This document shows, piece after piece, positions 62,301 to 64,000 of a stretch of 64,000 bases of DNA. The notes under the pieces are model-generated. The model did not search any database and was not told the origin of the DNA. It saw nothing but the letters and a program-made list of their open reading frames with translations. Origin of the DNA: Vicugna vicugna (Eukaryota). The DNA is taken from positions 30,972-94,971 of the forward strand of contig MU061542.1 of assembly GCA_013265495.1 (NCBI GenBank). The letters run 5' to 3'. Numbering within the stretch: the stretch's first letter is position 1; every line of letters starts with the position of its first letter. A program made the position numbers and the translations under genes.

Positions 62301-64000
62301 CAGATTTTAAGTGAGCATTCACTTGTACAGCAGAACACACAAGAAGAAAAAAACTGACAAATAACATGTGATTCACAATTTTAGGATGTAACTGATAAAC
62401 ATTTAAATTAATGAAAACCAATTTAGGTGGCAGATAAGTAAAGAAAGGAAAGAGCAAGTGTGTTTTATCTTTCAATAAATGTGGATAAAAAGGGGCAGAG
62501 TTAGATTGGACCTACGGTTTAATACAGGATCAAATCAGAAAAATGAATCAATGATGGATAAACCAAGAGTAAGTATAGAGCTGGAAAGAGGATGGGAATA
62601 TCAGAAAGACCAATAAGGAAGTACAAACATTAAATAATTTAATGAGCTTTCTGAGAGTAAAACCAAAGGCTTATACTCTATTCTTGTATTTAAGCTTTCA
62701 TATATTTTTCTTTGTTTATGACATGTTCATATAGCAGTTGTTATAGGCAAACTCTACTGTATATTCAATCAGAGTTATGATTTTGGTCAGTAAGTCTAAC
62801 CTTATTCAGAAATATTACGGACAGATAAGTAATATTTAATTCTAATTATATCTAAGCAGTTATTTAAAATATGGGAATAAAAGAAAAAAATGACATTAAA
62901 AACATGTTGGGGGAAAACTCTTTTTGAGGAGGAATTCAAAAGTTAGTGAGACATTTTGTTTCAAAACACTGGTAAAATATTACATGAGTTCATGTAAAAT
63001 GTTTACCAGACCAGCTGATACATTCTGTTCAAGTTTAACCAGTAGCTTCACATCCCTTTAGTCTTTCTACTTCTGACTAAACTAACATCTGTTCTACTCA
63101 ATTATAAAATAAAACATGCATCAGGTTTTCTTAGTCGACTACAGACATGTTCAAAGGCAGTCTGGGGCGGGGATGTGTGCATGGTGCAAATTGCTTTTTA
63201 ATATTTCTAGACATACAAACCTCCTTAGCCATCCTTCTCATACAACTTCATATTAACCTAATGATTGAACTATAACAAGTTGTCAAAGGGCATTTTGCTG
63301 CCAAACTGTTTTACAGTTAAGCTGTTGCTTTGTACATGCTCCTTTTTGTTCAACCAAATAATTTGCTACTCCATTCCATGGCACAGTATAAAGTGATACA
63401 CAGGATTTGAAATGGATGTAATCATGTATTCATCAAGTCAAATACCATCAATTTGTTTCTAATGTATTCTACTATGCATACTTTCTATTAAGTAGTAGAG
63501 TTACAGCTTTATTGAGAAAACATAATATAGAAAGATTTATTTTATTCTTGCTTACCATTCAAAAATATTTGTAAGCATCATTCACAATAATATTGGAGGA
63601 CATTTCCCTGCTCAAGAAGTGTATTATAACTCTCCATTCCACTGTTATATGAACAGCTTATAATTTTATAGTAACAAAATTTGTCATCTTTGTGCTTAGT
63701 TTAATTTTTAATTTTGATTTAAGAGTCATTTGATCACCAAAAGAATTTAATATTCCTCCTTTGAGAAGGAACTCTTTAAGCAACAGGTGCAATGTTACAG
63801 TGGTACAATAAAACATAGCTGATGACAATTACTTGATTTTTTTCTATAAGTTTTGTTTTATGAATTTCTTACTCTTAAGATCACAATAGCTATTCAATTA
63901 TTTTGTTTTCATTCAATATTAACTTCCTCTAGCTTTTAACCACTTAGAATGCCACACTGGCTAAATTTTGTTTTGTTAACTATTGTTACTTACCCTTGTA

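Noticed and set aside
1..64000. CRISPR arrays, prokaryotic operons, or the many 60-90 aa track ORFs as genes
   Set aside because: The sequence is mammalian with no repeat-spacer array. The short ORFs are either L1-derived or low-complexity chance ORFs in AT-rich DNA, many with non-ATG starts.

Overview
AT-rich mammalian non-coding DNA, probably camelid (inferred from a tRNA-Ala-derived SINE resembling Vic-1). It is dominated by retrotransposon debris, and I find no intact protein-coding gene, RNA gene or CRISPR array. Best-supported features: (1) the 5' ~4 kb of a relatively young but frameshifted LINE-1 on the minus strand (CpG-rich 5'UTR, ORF1, ORF2 endonuclease), abutting a (CTT)29 tract and an older L1 5' end; (2) a full-length RPLP1 processed pseudogene with an 11-bp TSD; (3) a SINE with a 13-bp TSD; (4) a three-layer nest of MER58-like DNA transposon > solo LTR > solo LTR; (5) several old, internally deleted or 5'-inverted L1s, plus MIR, L2 and MaLR remnants. 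The most speculative lead is a set of exon-like segments on the + strand (5.9-11.1, 22.2, 38.7 and 40.2 kb). They could be a decayed multi-exon gene or lncRNA and lie downstream of the antisense side of the L1 promoter, but I could not identify a protein. Repeat family names come from recalled consensus sequences, not from a database search. I found no convincing novel biological system.
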